64,000 nt of DNA from Eledone cirrhosa (Eukaryota): contig OZ024741.1 of NCBI GenBank assembly GCA_964016885.1, forward strand, positions 53,444,001 to 53,508,000, given 5' to 3'. Positions within the stretch are counted from its first letter, which is position 1, and the number at the start of each line of letters is the position of its first letter. Of this stretch, positions 1 through 14,058 are shown in pieces. The position numbers were made by a program, and so were the translations under genes. Under the pieces are notes generated by a model, which was given only the letters and a program-made list of their open reading frames with translations, made no database searches and was not told where the DNA came from.

Positions 1-956
1 ATGCCACTACCAATAGCCTCGTCTAACTTATCTACCAACTCTCCCGCCTTTCTATTTTTCTCTAACGCTACTTCTATGCTAAACTCTATCGACATTACTC
101 TAATCTCTCTTTTGAGAGCCCCCACCATCTATTGTTGATGACTCCCCCTGTTAACTTTTTCTTAACTAAATTGTCGACCTGATCCCTGTAAGCCTTACGT
201 ACCGGAAATGACATGTTTAGCTTCCAGTAACCAGGTCCTAACCTACGCGTCTTATCTAGGTCGACCATACAGATCACAAACTTGTGATCTGAATAGGCGA
301 CCGTTTCAAAACGTGGACAGCTTACACTATTTCTGTCTATTTTCCTAATGAATATCCTGTCTATATACGATCTAGATGACCCTATGCGGTTAGCCCAGGT
401 CCACACTGGCGCATTAGGGAAATCTAGTCGATACCTGTCAGACAGTTGGAACTGGCTGATCAGGTTCTTGAGGCTTTTGCAATCCCCGCTCCTATCGGAT
501 ACTCCCACACAGTCCCAGCGTGCGTCTAAGATGCCGTTCTAGTCCCCCGCTAATAGTAAAGTGCGAGGCGTACCCAGAAAGGCTTCCAGGCGGCTAAAGA
601 AGTCCGGCCGTCCTGCCCCAGTAGGAGCAAAGACGGCCACCAGTCTAAAGGCACCACCTTCTTTATTGTTCACGTCCAGGACCACCAACTTCCCGTCCGG
701 GTCCCGGAAGATCGACCTTACCTCGAGATCCAAGCCTTTCCTAAACAGCACTGCCACCCGCCTCCCATTCCCGGCCGGCTAACAGATGCAAAGATCTGAT
801 AGTCGTCGAAAATGGGGGCTAGTGCGCGCGTGTCGGAAATCCTGGTCTCGCTGACGGCAATTACATCCATTTCTATAGACCTGAGGTCGTTGAGCAGGTG
901 ACTCTGCTTCCAGGACGATCCCAGGCCTCGAACATTTCTACTCTTAATACAGCCAT
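1..956 (-). pseudogene. Copy A ORF2 N-terminus: APE-type endonuclease domain, frameshifted and with stops
   Basis: ATG GCT GTA TTA AGA GTA at 956 matches the E2 start MAMLRVG. ORF pieces 718-972, 539-757 and 95-508 align consecutively with E2 ORF2. Confidence 0.92.
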
Positions 957-987
957 CTTGGCAGGTTAACAAGAGAGAGAGGAAGGT

Positions 988-2974
988 TTACTTACCTTCC
1001 ATGTTCTTGTGAAGGTCGAGTTGTACGACCACCATAGTTGGTGGGGTTTCTTTTGGGAACCCCTTTAAAAGTCTTGAAGTGGGTTTTACGTTCGGGGTTC
1101 CCACGTCCCGAGGAAAGCTGTCTCGTATTTCTTTGAATATATCGAGCGACATTCGCACCAGAACCAAATCTTCCGGCACGCGAAATGTGCTCGATTTAAA
1201 AATTTCCCCCTCTTTTAGTATATTTTCACTTCGTGCTACGAGGGCCATCAGTTCCTTGTTGGCCCTCCTGACGAGCACGAAGTTTTGTATGTTTTGTTAG
1301 TGTGATTTTATTTGTTTGCCTGGCTGTGGTGGTGATGGTTTTGGTGGTGTTGTTTCGGTTGTATCAGTGTTTGTTGTGAGTGCGATGTCTGTGTTTTCAG
1401 ATGCTTGTGTGTATATTTGTTCTTGCGTCTGTTTAGGTTGTTTGCGTTTGAGGGATTCTGGTGATGGTGATGGGGGTGTTGATGTTGGTGTTATTGGAGA
1501 GATGTTTGCGTGGGTGGTGTCTGCGTATTTTATTGTGGGTGATTTTGTGCTTTGTTGATTTTTTTTTTTCTTTATGTGTTTCCTTTTTTGTATTTTGGGG
1601 GATTTGGGTTTTCCCTCATTTTCACTACTGGTAGATGAGGGGTCTGTGTCTGTAAGTGTGTCTGTATGTATGTTTATGGTTTTACTGGTGTGTCTATTTT
1701 TGGGGGGGAGGGGAAATTTGACAGCTTTCCTCGTTTCTCCCCTGGGTGTTCAATGTTGGTGGTGGTCTTTCTATTGGTGTTGTTGTTGGTGGTTTTGCCA
1801 GTGCTGGTGTTTGTTGTGGTCCTCGCCCGGGCGTCTGCAGCAGCGGAGCCTTTAGACCCCTTGCCTCTTTCAGCAGTTGTGGGCAAAAGGCTCGCAAATG
1901 GGTTTTTTACCCACAAACAAAACACTGCGGCCTTTTGCCTTCTGTAATAATGTGAATGACCGTCCCATTCTGAAGGCGGATGTGGTCCGGGATTGTCTTC
2001 ACATTCTCAGGCCTCATCTGGAGAAGGATCGCCAGGTCAGCCCCGGACCAGTCCTCTCTGGCCGTTCTGGTCACTTCTATAGGGACGGTGTCCGTCCCCT
2101 CCACAATCACATATCCCAGAAGCCACCACATGTCAAGTCCTGGTGGGATTCTGGGAATGCGGAAACGGGCCGTTCTTTTTCCCATGTGGGAGGGGTACAT
2201 TATGACCTTGCTGGTTTTGCAAGGAGTCATAGCGTGTTTCATAGCGAGGGCTTCTGACTTGAACAACACCGAAATGGTGCCGTACTGTCTGTCCCTCTCT
2301 ATGTATTCGGTGTCTTCTCTGATGCACCTCAGCGCGACTTCGACATCTTCTTGTGGGATTAAAGCTGCCCTTTTGGTTTGTGCTGAGATGCATCTATAAT
2401 GCACTGTTCTGGGCTCCACTGCCTCAATAGCTTCTACCGGGACAGTTGAGTTGGCCCAGGTTTGTTCTTGCTTGATGAGCTTCCATGCCTGGGCCAACTT
2501 TTCATCTTTGTTTGAGAGGTCCATGTTGAAGCATGGCCTCTTTTTTGCTGTTGCCGCAGCGAAAGTGTTCTTCTTGTTTTCGTTGGGTGTGTTGTGGTCG
2601 TTGTCGTTGTTCTTGTTGGTGTTGTTGTTAGCACTGTCGCTGTTATCATTGTTGTCTTTGTTGCCACCGTTGTTCTCGGTGCAGTTGGTATTTTTGCTGT
2701 TGGTGTTGTCGCTATTTGTTTTCATGTTAGTGGTGTTGATATTGTTGTTGTATTTGTTATTATTTTTGTTGTTATCTGTATTTTCGTTGTCGCTGTTACT
2801 GTCATTTTTTTCAAAATTAGAGTTCTCATTGGTATCATTGGTGTCTTTGTTTACATTGTGTGTGGTGGTGTTTGTGTTATCAATTCGTGTTAATTTCGCT
2901 GTAGCACTCCTCTCAACTTCTACGTCGTTGTCGCACGACAGCTGACATATCGCTGGGGGGCGTGGCTCAGCCAT
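988..2974 (-). pseudogene. Copy A ORF1 (N/T-rich N-terminus, putative RRM-like core, Zn knuckle), disrupted
   Basis: Starts MAEPRPP at 2974. Core YIERDRQYGTISVLF...MYPSHMGKR...DMWWL...EGKRPQCFVCG matches E2 ORF1 (FIQKDRLYGSLSIL...YPTYMGRR...EGRRPSCYLC). Ends LHKNMEGK* at 988. Confidence 0.85.
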
Positions 2975-3229
2975 GTTTTTTTTTCTCCGTAAATGTTTTA
3001 ACATGTAAAAAGAATTCAAATATTTGGGCCAAAAGGCCCAAATATTATACTTTCCCCTTCACAGGGCAAAGTCTAAGGGCTTATATCCCTTACACAACAA
3101 GAAATATTTAACAACAAATAATTTTAACAGGCAAATAAAGCGACTTACTGGGAGCGAGCAAAATACGTCCGCTTAGACCAATAATAATAATTATAATAAT
3201 ATGGAAATTATGATGACAATATGGACAAT

Positions 3230-3925
<696 letters not shown>

Positions 3926-4166
3926 GTGGTTGTGGGGTGGTGCTGGCTTGGTGGTGGCTTAAACTAGCAGCTGCATTGTAGGAACTAGGAATTTGTTTGA
4001 AGATGGTAATTTACTCCATGGATACTCCGAGTTTAGTGCATATAATTCGTATCACTGAGCACTGGCAAAGCGAGTGAATATAAAGTACCAAAGAATTATC
4101 TATCTATCTATCTATCTAGAAACATATCTATCTATCTATCTATCGATATATTATATACGAAGTATA

Positions 4167-5013
4167 CGAAGTTTGTCAGAAAACTAATAAGACTTAGTGT
4201 GATCTGTGAGCTATGAGTGGTGTAGGGATTACTAGGTTGCCTCACCGAGTCCCGAAATAATCTAAGAGTATATAATTGTGATCTCAGCTCGCAGCAGCCA
4301 TAGTATGTTTTTTTTTTCTTCATATGCAACTCCTCAATTTTAGGCCATCGAGCGACGAACACGGTGCCACGAACCAACCTGAAATTTCTGATCCGGCTGA
4401 GGAAAGCTCCGTCAGAATCACTCGAAATACTGTAGCAAGTGTCCGTGATGAGATGATGTCGCTCTCATGGATTTTCGAGTAGTTCAAAAGGACGTAATGA
4501 CGTGGAATACGATCCCCCAGAAGCGGAATTTCTTCAACGATCAGGACTGAGGCCAATTTACGCGTGTAAGGAAGGTGATACCTGGTGATCATCGGCTGAC
4601 TGTTTGACAGATCATAAGATGTTGGGTATGGGCCGCGACAGTGACTGGAAGATTATCACTGAAGATTTGGGCATACGGAAGATCTGCAAGAGAATGGTGC
4701 CGAAACTGCGGAACGATGACCAGAAGGAGCGGTGCATGCAGGAATGTCAAGACGACTAGAGCCTCTTGAAACTGAACTTGACTTGCTGGGGAAAGTCATC
4801 ACCGGTGATGAACCAAGTTGATCCGTTTTCCGGGCATGGAAGCCATCAAGAGGGCCGGGACGACAGACATGCGAGGAATCCTGTGCGAATCATTCCATGA
4901 TTACATGGCGGCCTGAAGGTGATGGATACTTTAATGCATTAGACTCGAGGGGAATTATTTCGAAGGGGGAATCTTGTAGTTTACATTTGAAATATGTTTT
5001 ACGACACACCTCG
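4167..5013 (+). mobile_element. Mariner-family DNA transposon relic with internal deletion
   Basis: Imperfect TIRs: TA-CGAAGTTTGTCAGAAAAC on the left and TA-CGAGGTGTGTCGTAAAAC (reverse complement) on the right, with TA TSD. Degenerate transposase peptides NLKFLIRL, GDHRLTV, EDLGIRKICKRMVPKL (WVPxL-like), KVITGDE (first catalytic D) and C-terminal EGNYFEG. The middle of the DDD domain is missing. Confidence 0.85.
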
Positions 5014-5454
5014 TATGAGGAAATTCACCCAGGAGAACAGTTATATAAAACGAAAACACGACTGCATTTCTACTGGTCAGCCCTCTTGCTGGTACGCAAT
5101 TTTGGGCATTAATGTCATACTGCACTTATAATGCCAGCTTGCGCAACATATTGGAGAACTGCTCTGATACTAAGATGCGCGAGAGAAAATAATAAAATAA
5201 AGAATGAATGCGAGCCTTTCGAAAAAAAACAAAGATGAATACGCTGGAAAGAAGGAAGGAAAAATCATGTTTATTATTTTACTTGCATGAAGGAGCATTA
5301 CACAAATACTACGAGAAGCGTGCATGTATTGAGGAATGATCAGTAACTGAAATGGTAATTTCAGAAGCAGGCTGTTTCATTGATTGAATCAACTGGAGCT
5401 CTCTTCGTCGGAAATGATGAAGGTCCATCAACAATAACCTATACACGCACACAC

Positions 5455-5497
5455 TAGATAGATGGATGGATAGAAAGGTAACTAGATAGATAAATAA

Positions 5498-5539
<42 letters not shown>

Positions 5540-5562
5540 CGATAGATAGATAGATAGATAGA
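5455..5562. repeat. (GATA)n microsatellite at the 3' end of copy B
   Basis: Directly visible; follows the element's AATAAAGAAATC terminus. Confidence 0.95.
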
Positions 5563-5797
5563 TTTCTTTATTTGCCACAAGGGCTCACAAGAAAAGGGGA
5601 CAATACAAAAACACATGCCAGGGATTTTACATACAGTCGTGTAAAAAATATAAAACAAACAATTATAACAATCGAAATCCCCAATAGGGGGGAGGCGCCA
5701 CAAATGGGTTATTTAATACGCCGTCGATAGAACAACCCTCAACTTCAGGAGCGTGTTGTGCAAGTACCCCCTTCTTTCTTTTGCTCTCTTCTTTAAC

Positions 5798-8500
5798 CTA
5801 CAGGCTTATAAACAGAGAAGGCCCAATCACTCGGGCCATTTTCACTTCATTCACAAATTTTTCAGTAAATTTACGGGGGTGCAGTACCTCTCTCTCCACT
5901 CTTATTCTCCTTCTAAAGTAATACTTAAAGAAGGGAATCAATTGTTGTCCGGAGAGAAAGGCATCTGTCCTCATCCTCTCAATCTCGTCCACCATATAAC
6001 TTCTTTCACCATAGCCACTGTACAGAGGAAAACCACCTCTCTTTGGTTTTTGAAAGAGGCTGGCGGTTTGATCCTTACTATGGACTCGGCAGTCAACTCG
6101 ATTTGTCCCATACGTAACAGCAATTGTTCCGCGTAGTTCCACAGGTCAGTTACGCCCGGGCAATGTACAATTGTGTGCAGGACGGTTTCAAATTCCTGCG
6201 CGCATCTTGGACACATCATCTTGGAAAGAGCCCTGCCGGGGCGTCCGTGCCTGTAGATCTTGTCACGAAATGGTAGAGCTCTTCGGTAGCACTGCCAGGC
6301 CAGGGACCTCTGGAAGTTGTCCACAGGACCCGAGCGGAAATTCCTACCAAACAGACTGGTGAGCTCATCGTCTTCGACGCCCAGAGTCTCTCCTAGCACG
6401 TCGTTGCCCTTGTAACGTACAATCCCTCTATAGAATATCGAAGTGAAGTCTCCACTGATTGCTGTGCTCACTTGCCAGCGGACTGTGAGCACCTCAGCGC
6501 ATTCAATGTGCCAGGCGCCCATCGTTTTCGGTCTTTTCTTGACCCAGGACTGCAGCTCCGCCAGCGAGACGAGTTGCGGGAAAGCCTGTCTCACAAAGGG
6601 TGCCCACACCGGTTGGGGGTCGGTGAGGAATTCCTGGAGATGCCGCAGCCTCAGCGCACGTTTACGCATCATCAGCCACGGCATACCCAGCCCTCCGTTG
6701 GAAGAGTGCTGACAGCAGACAGATCTCCTCACCAGCGGAGCCTGCTTCTTCCAAAGGAACTGGAAGACAATGAGTTCCATCTTGGCGAGCTGTTCACGGG
6801 GACAAGGCATGACAGTCAAGCGGTAGTAGATGACGGACGCTATGAAAGTGTTTGCCATCTCCGCTCGAACTTTCAAGGACAGTTTGCACTCTGCCCACTT
6901 CTGGGTGAGCGCAAACACCTTAGCCGGGACCTCGTTCCATTTTTGCTCCACCTGGAGGTCTGGACCGAACCAGACCCCGAGCAATTTCAACGGTCCGTCC
7001 GTCCAGCGTCTAACGACGCTGTCGGACGTCATTGGTTTGCCTCTCCACGTACCGAGTTGCAAACCCACAGACTTGTCCAGATTTAGTTTTGCACCTGTCA
7101 GCGTTTCGTATTCTTTCAGTAAGCTGCCGATCACTCCGATTTCCGAAGTGCTCGACACCATTACCGTCACGTTGACGGCATAAGCCGACGCCACTTTGCG
7201 CAGTCCCGGTTCTAGAGGAATGCCCTGCAACAGCTCCAATTTCCGCAGTAGTGGCTCTAGAGTCAATACATACAGAATGGAGGAGAGAGGGCATCCCTGT
7301 CGAATGGAACGCGTGATTGCGAAGGGCTCCGATAGGTAGACGTTCACCTTGACCCTCGATCAGATGCTGGTTGCATCGCCTCGATCCAGCCTCTGAAAAC
7401 GGGACCGAAACCGGTCGCCTTGAGAACCGCTTCCAAGTATCGATGGTCGACCCTATCGAATGCCTTAGTCTGATCCAAATTGATCAGAGCCCCACCGAAG
7501 TCGGGTTTACTACCCACCCTCTCTATGATGTATCGCATGAGGTGGAGGTTGTCGTGTATGGACCTGGTTGGGATTGCACATGTTTGCGCTTTCCCTACCA
7601 CGTTCCCGACGCTAGCACCTTGAGGACGCCAGAGAACAAGTTCGGCATGCCTATGTAAAACTCATAGGGTAGACCATCTAGACCGGGTAACTTGCGTTTC
7701 AGTGTACGTGATCTGTCTTTCGCAGAACTCGACGTCCGTGTTCGAGAGACGCGGCAAGCCGTCGAGGAATGAACTAAATCCATTGCCCCGTTCGGCTTAC
7801 CGTCGTTCTGCTCAAAAAGTCACGCCAAGTGCTGCTGAAAGGCCGCGCACATTAGCTTGGGGTCAAGTAGCACGCGTCCGTTTTGGTCTTTCAAAGACCG
7901 AATCATGGACTTGTTGCCACTTTTTGTCTCCGCCAATCGGGCCCAGCTGACAGCTTTCGATCTTTCGTTTCCTAGAGCACGTGTTTTGCTTCTGACCACG
8001 CATCCTTCGTGTTTTTCCTCGAATAACTGGTCCAGTACCGTTCTCGACGCTAAAACTCTAGCCGCGTTGCCACTTTTAAGTGCCTCTTCTATCTTGGCTA
8101 CTAATTCTCTTTCTATTTTGTTTTTCTCTAAGGCTAACTCTCTGCTAAAACCTATCGATTCTACTCTAATTGTTTTCTTAAGAGAGTACCATTATCTATT
8201 GTTGATGATGGGTCCCGTTAACTTTTGCTTGACTAGTCAACTTATCCTTTCACTGTAAGCTTTACGTGCCGGCAACGACACGTTCCGCTTCCTGTATCCG
8301 GGGCCCTGTCTATGTGTTCTATCACGGTTGACTATGCAGACGACTAATTTGTGAACTGAATAGGCAACCATGTGCATTCGTGGACAGCTTAACATCTCCC
8401 TGTCCCTTTCTCTAATGAAGAATCTACCTAAATACGATCTAGATGTCCCGCTGAGGTTTGTCTACTCCACAGTAGTGCAGTCGAGAAATCCAGTCGATAC
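5798..8500 (-). pseudogene. Copy B ORF2 (partial EN, RT, C-terminal CCHC), inactivated
   Basis: RT motifs PGLDGLPYEFY, LDQTKAFDRVDH, IRQGCPLS. YADD is mutated to YAVN. C-terminal CPRCAQEFETVLHTIVHC. Several frameshifts. Confidence 0.93.
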
Positions 8501-8509
8501 ATATCGACC

Positions 8510-10025
8510 GTTTATTGATTTTTGGCATGGATTGCCAACGTCCTGTGAAAATTGGTTCTTTAGTTTTTGTTAGGTTTCTACCAGAACCCTTATTAGTTTG
8601 AGGTGTGGTGGAGTGTCAGATTTTACCAATGTTTTCTCCTCAGTTTCCAGTTTGGGGTCCTGGGAGATGATCTCCATTAAATTTTTATTGTTGGTGTTGA
8701 TGTTTGTATATTGTTTTTTTGTTTTGGTTGTGTTGTTTTAGTTTGTTGTTCGTCTGTGAGTTTTCTTTTTTGTGTTTGGGATGGTGTTGGTGTTTGTTTT
8801 GTTGGTAGGGGGAGGTTAGGTTGTGGTGTTGTTTGTGTTGTTGTTTGTGTCGGTGGTTGTGTGTTAGTGCTGGTGACTGCAGTTTTGGGGGTTTTGCGGT
8901 GTATCTTTTTTTGCTTTTTAGATTTCCGATGTTCTTCTTCTTCTTCACTTAAAGAAGGAGAAGCAGCCTCATCCGTTGATGAATAATCATCATCAGGAGT
9001 GTGGGGTAAGGGAATGTTGTGTCGTGATGGTGCTTCGGTGTGTGCGTTTACGGTAATGTTTGATGGAGTGGGATGGTGTGTGGTTGTGTTCTTCAGAAGT
9101 GTGGTCTGTATTTTTTCTGTTGTTGTTGGTTGAGTGTCTGTTTGTTTTGGTGTGTTTGCTCGTTTCGTCTGTTTATGTACTTGTGGTGGTGGTTGTTATG
9201 GTCTTGGTGTTTTTTTTTTAATGATGTTGTTCTGGTTTATGTGTGAAGAACAGGAGGCCTTTAGGTGTGCTGAGCTACCACAGCGAAAGTAATGAGGTTT
9301 ATACCCCTCCACCGAAATGTTTATCTTTTTGTTGTCGTCGATGACGACTTTTTCGGGTATTTTGGAGATTCTCTCCGGCTTCATCTGCATCAGAATCTTC
9401 AAATCAGTACCCGCCCACCTTTGTCTAATAGAATTCCATCAGTCTCTGGCTCCACGAAGCCAGCCAAGATCCACCAGATGTTAATGTTTGGTGGTATATT
9501 TTTTATTTTTATTTTTTTGTGTCCGTTTTCCCATGTACGTAGGGAAAAAGGTGAATGCTTTTGACACCATTGGTATCACAGAATGTTTTGGGGCGAGTGC
9601 CTCGCTTTTAAACAGTACGGAAATACTTCCGTACTGTCTTTCTCAATATTTTCTAAAGTCTCATTCAAGGTGGCCTCTATGTCTCCTTGACTCACAAATA
9701 CTGGCTTTCTCGTTGTGTTTGAGACAGTCCTGAAGGTAACTCTCCTTCGAACCGTCTCTTCTTTAATTTCGAGGGGTGAGTTGATTCTAAACCCACCCTT
9801 GTCTTCGAAAGTTACACATTTTCTACCTTGCTGGAGCATATCCCTTGCATTAGAGATGTCAAGATTTATAAAATCTTGTTTCTTGTTCACTGTTTCAGCG
9901 AAAAGCGAAAAGCATTTTTTTAGGTGTTGCTGTTGTTGTTGTTGTTGTTGTTGTCATTGTCAGCCTCGGTGTTAGAAATCGCAATTTCTTGACGAGGTGA
10001 AACTTTATCTATACATGTATCCATG
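8510..10025 (-). pseudogene. Copy B ORF1 remnant
   Basis: RVTFRTVSN and MKPERISKIPEKVVIDD...EGYKPHYFRCGSSAHLKASC are homologous to ORF1 of A and E2. Confidence 0.82.
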
Positions 10026-10499
10026 GTGTTGTTGATGTTGGCATTTTCATGTGTATGTATATGAATAGGTTTAATTTCTGTGTTTTCTGTGTTTTTCTGT
10101 GTATGTTGTGTGTTATTTTTCTTCGCTTCGACGGTAAAAATTTAAAAATGTTCAAGTGGCAATCATTTTTTCTTTGTTGACAGTCGTATACATGATGACG
10201 TCCATAGTGGCAGAAGCAGATATAACGTTAATATATACCTTTCTACCTCTCTTTACTCTGTTAACATCCTTCGGCGTTCTTTCCGAGTCACTCATTTTTT
10301 ATAGTCGGCAAAATTTGATTTTTTTTAAGAATAATTAAATTAAATGTTCGCCTCTTTAGGAGCGAAAAATGGGATTACCACCCAGCTGACAATTCAGCTT
10401 GGGGGTTAATCTACAAAATGATATGGTTTTTCAAACAATTAGTCCAGTTTTTTGTATAGAAATTAATAAAAAAGCTTACCAGCGATGTTCCACGCGTCA

Positions 10500-10500
10500 G

Positions 10501-10567
<67 letters not shown>

Positions 10568-10628
10568 GGATAGATAGATAGATAGATGGATAGATAGATA
10601 GATAGATAGATGGATAGATAGATAGATA
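10500..10628. repeat. (GATA)n microsatellite at the 5' end of copy B
   Basis: Directly visible. Confidence 0.95.
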
Positions 10629-11219
10629 TAAAGACATAGGCAGGGGACACGTGATGGAGATGAACAATTTTGACAACTTTCTGCCAGTCCATATAATCAA
10701 TGGTGCAAATTAATAGACACGCGTTCTCCAACAACCTACGTTCTCCAGTTTATTAACCATACATCATACAAATTATAATACGTTATATAACTAAATATCT
10801 CCAGTACCAGCATATACTATTACTCCATAGAAGGCCTGCAGCGGTCGTCCATTTAATGGTCCCTGCTCTGCCCTCGTAGTAGTATTACTACATTGTGATG
10901 ATGATCATGATGACGATGACGATGATGATGGTTTTTATGAATGATGGGGAGGTGATGAGGTCATGATAATGAATATGATGAAGATGATGATGATAATGAT
11001 GATGATGTTGAACACGATGATAAGGGTGACGATGATATCGATGAACGGGTCGATGTAGCACACTATATCATTTAACCAATCAGCCAGCACATATAACAAA
11101 CAGCCATCTTGTAGAAGTCTCTAATAAATATCTCCATTTCTAGACATCATTAATAGTCTACCTTTCATATTCTCCCAAGTAATTAAGGACAGCAAACCCC
11201 ACTCCGTCCTTCCTATAAT

Positions 11220-11730
<511 letters not shown>

Positions 11731-12235
11731 CATGCATGTATGTGTTCATTTTAAGTGTGTATGCGTCATTGTGAGTAAGTGTTATATGCATATGTGCATG
11801 TATATGGGTATGCGTCTATATGTGTTTGTGTGTCTAAATGAATGTATATGTGTGTCTCATCTAATATCTACATTTCTAATTTGGTCAAAATTGGCAGCGA
11901 TGTTTCCTTTCATCCTGCAACATATTTTGCTGATTCGAAGGTTTCTTCTGTAAGTAAAGGGGAGATCAATAAGAAGGTTGAAGGAGGGAGGGGAGATAAT
12001 TTCAGATCCAATCCATTTCATTCACTTGTTTCTACCCAACACTACCCAAACTTCTCTCTCATGCATCTACGTATTCATTTACAGTCCATATTATAGAAGG
12101 TCGGTTAGCACCCATGATATATATATATATATGTGCATACTATGAACAGTATACGTTTTTATGATAGGCGTACACTATAGTTCTCTTACTTATGACATTC
12201 TCATATGAGAGAGCACAACGGCAATGATTCTCTAT

Positions 12236-12413
12236 TTTGGCGGTATGGGTAGAGGGTTGACGCCATGCTTTCTAGCATAGTTACGTCCCTTTACGCTCTG
12301 AGTTCAAATCCCGTCGAGGTTAACTTTGCCTTTCATCCTTATCGGGTCGATAAAATAAAGTACCAGTAATGTTCTGGGTAATTGATGGCCTTGTGCCAAA
12401 AGTAGAAACAAAT
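12236..12413 (+). mobile_element. tRNA-derived SINE (window's main family)
   Basis: A-box-like TGGCGGTATGGG and B-box GAGTTCAAATCCC. Body ...GGTCGATAAAATAAAGTACCAG...GGCCTTGTGCC...AGTAGAAACAA is shared with about 15 other copies. Confidence 0.88.
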
Positions 12414-12600
12414 ATTTTCCACATCTACGGGCACATAAATATATATGTATATACATACTTATACACATACATATATATGTATGTACATATTTATACACAT
12501 ACATATATATTTATATACATACTTATATACATACATAGTTACATACATACACACACATACATACACACACATACATATACACACATACATACATACATAC

Positions 12601-13480
12601 ATGGTGGCTGCCAACTCGTTTTCGAGTACGGCCACTACTTTATATGCGCTGAACGAGTGACTTTTTAGTCCAGCCAGCGACTTGAAAACTCTGGTACAAA
12701 CACTACACTTGTGACAATTATTGACACATAGTGCTGGGCCCATGGCACTGTAGCGGTTGTCTCCCTTGTGACTCACAACCCCAATAGATTAACATCTAGA
12801 CGGGAAGTAGAACCCTTTCTGTAACTTCCGGTCAGAGCCCTATAAAACGAATAGCCTTCGGCTCTCTCTCTCTCATCTGCCCTTCCGGCGCCTGGCCTTC
12901 GCCAGGCGTCTCGCGTTTGCCTGGCAATCAAAACGGTAACTACTAACTTTGCTTCATTCTTTCGTTTATTTCATTGACATGTCAACTATACTGTTAAATT
13001 GTTGATTAAATATTATACACACAAACCATGCCTCGTTTTGTTACATTCATACAACCCAGTATCTTCTCTACAGTACCATGTGACGACAAGTGCAGAGAGA
13101 TCTCCAGATATAAAGCAATGCATGTGCTATGAAGCTTTTATAGTGAGCAAAGGCACTGCACAAAGCCAGTCCCACTCTCTTAACCAAGATGATATTTACC
13201 AAAAAGAAGAACAAGTCAACATCATTGGATACCATTAGGGTTGCAGGTGTTATATCAGAGTTTTCCTTCTCCTAGAATTCTGCCTTGACAAAGGCTAAGG
13301 AGTCATCTCTCCCAGTGATTTTGGATGGCCATTAACTCTTAAGAGCTCCTTTGCCCTTTGACAGGTTTTGTTTTTAGTCCTGCAGGATGTCCAAAGCTAC
13401 CCTCACCAAGAAACCTTGGTGGGGTTGCCAGTTTAGTCGCCAACGACCCGACCATGAGACAGGTTGTACTGAGATACATG

Positions 13481-13483
<3 letters not shown>
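12601..13483 (-). mobile_element. RTE-like LINE-derived non-autonomous element, copy 1, with (GTAT)n tail; interrupted by a solo LTR
   Basis: The 3' part encodes a C2H2-finger remnant CSVCTRVFKSLAGLKSH and matches the copy at 35747-36066. The 5' part is shared with 13527-14058. RTE assignment is inferred from the C-terminal finger and short-repeat tail. Confidence 0.65.
12749..13072 (+). mobile_element. Solo LTR (324 bp), probably Gypsy-type
   Basis: Termini TGTAG...CTACA. 4-bp TSD GCAC/GTAC; the uninterrupted paralogous site at ~35904 reads GTAC once. TATAAAA at 12841 and ATTAAA near 13005. Confidence 0.85.
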
Positions 13484-13511
<28 letters not shown>

Positions 13512-13526
13512 CATACATACATACAT

Positions 13527-14058
13527 GATGATGGCTGCCCCCTCGTTATCGAGTATGGCCATTGCACGATACCATTATTAATAATTATTAATTAATTCTA
13601 TCGTGCAATGCCTGTGCGCGAAGATATTTTTTAAAGTGAGGAAAGACTGTGCACTGAGCCAGTCCCAGTCTCTGAGCGACAGTAGCTATAACCTGAAAAG
13701 ATGAAAAGATCAACATCATCGGTAACTACTGAGCCGCAGGTTTATATCGGAGTTATCCCAGTTTCCTGAGTTGCCTTCTCCTAGAAGAATGCCCTGACAA
13801 AGGCTGAGGTCCTTCACTCCCAGTGGTTTAACCACGCGGTACATGTCTATATACATATTTACACAATTTCGCATGGCCGTTGACTGTTATGAGTTCTTCC
13901 GCTCTTTGTCAGGTTTTGTTTTTTTACTGCAGGGTGTCCAAAATCACCCTCCTCACCAAGTAAACTTGGTGGGGTTGCCGGTTTATTCGCCGACGACCCG
14001 ACCATGCGACAGGTTGTACTGGGTTACATGTTACCAGTAGCACTAAAGAGTGACTCGA
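13527..14058 (-). mobile_element. RTE-like non-autonomous element, copy 2 (related subfamily), in tandem with copy 1
   Basis: Shares the ATG(A/G)TGGCTGCC..CTCGTT.TCGAGTA.GGCCA end and the CGACCCGACCATG.GACAGGTTGTACTG.G.TACATGTTAC end with copy 1. (TACA)n lies on both sides. Confidence 0.7.

Larger units (their letters stand above)
1..3179 (-). mobile_element. Tx1/L1-clade non-LTR retrotransposon, copy A (5'UTR + ORF1 + start of ORF2; runs off the left edge), degenerate
   Basis: APE-endonuclease motifs on the minus strand (NVRGL, AVSET, LLLAGD, SYIDRIF, SDHK, GPGYWKLN). Upstream ORF1 is collinear with copy E2. The 5' end abuts (ATT)n at ~3180. Confidence 0.93.
5561..10500 (-). mobile_element. 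Tx1/L1-clade non-LTR retrotransposon, copy B, near full length with internal deletions
   Basis: 5'UTR, ORF1 remnants (9576-9890, 9196-9402), ORF2 remnants and a 3'UTR with AATAAA. Flanked on both sides by (ATCT)n in element sense. Confidence 0.95.

Noticed and set aside
718-995. In-frame ORF1-ORF2 fusion in copy A via the 39-nt mini-intron
   Set aside because: The frame match depends on a ~7-nt deletion after the ORF2 ATG specific to this decayed copy, so it is not evidence of function
6171-8258. Plus-strand ORFs over copy B (and minus-strand ORFs over E2)
   Set aside because: Antisense shadows of GC-rich ORF2 with no recognisable motifs
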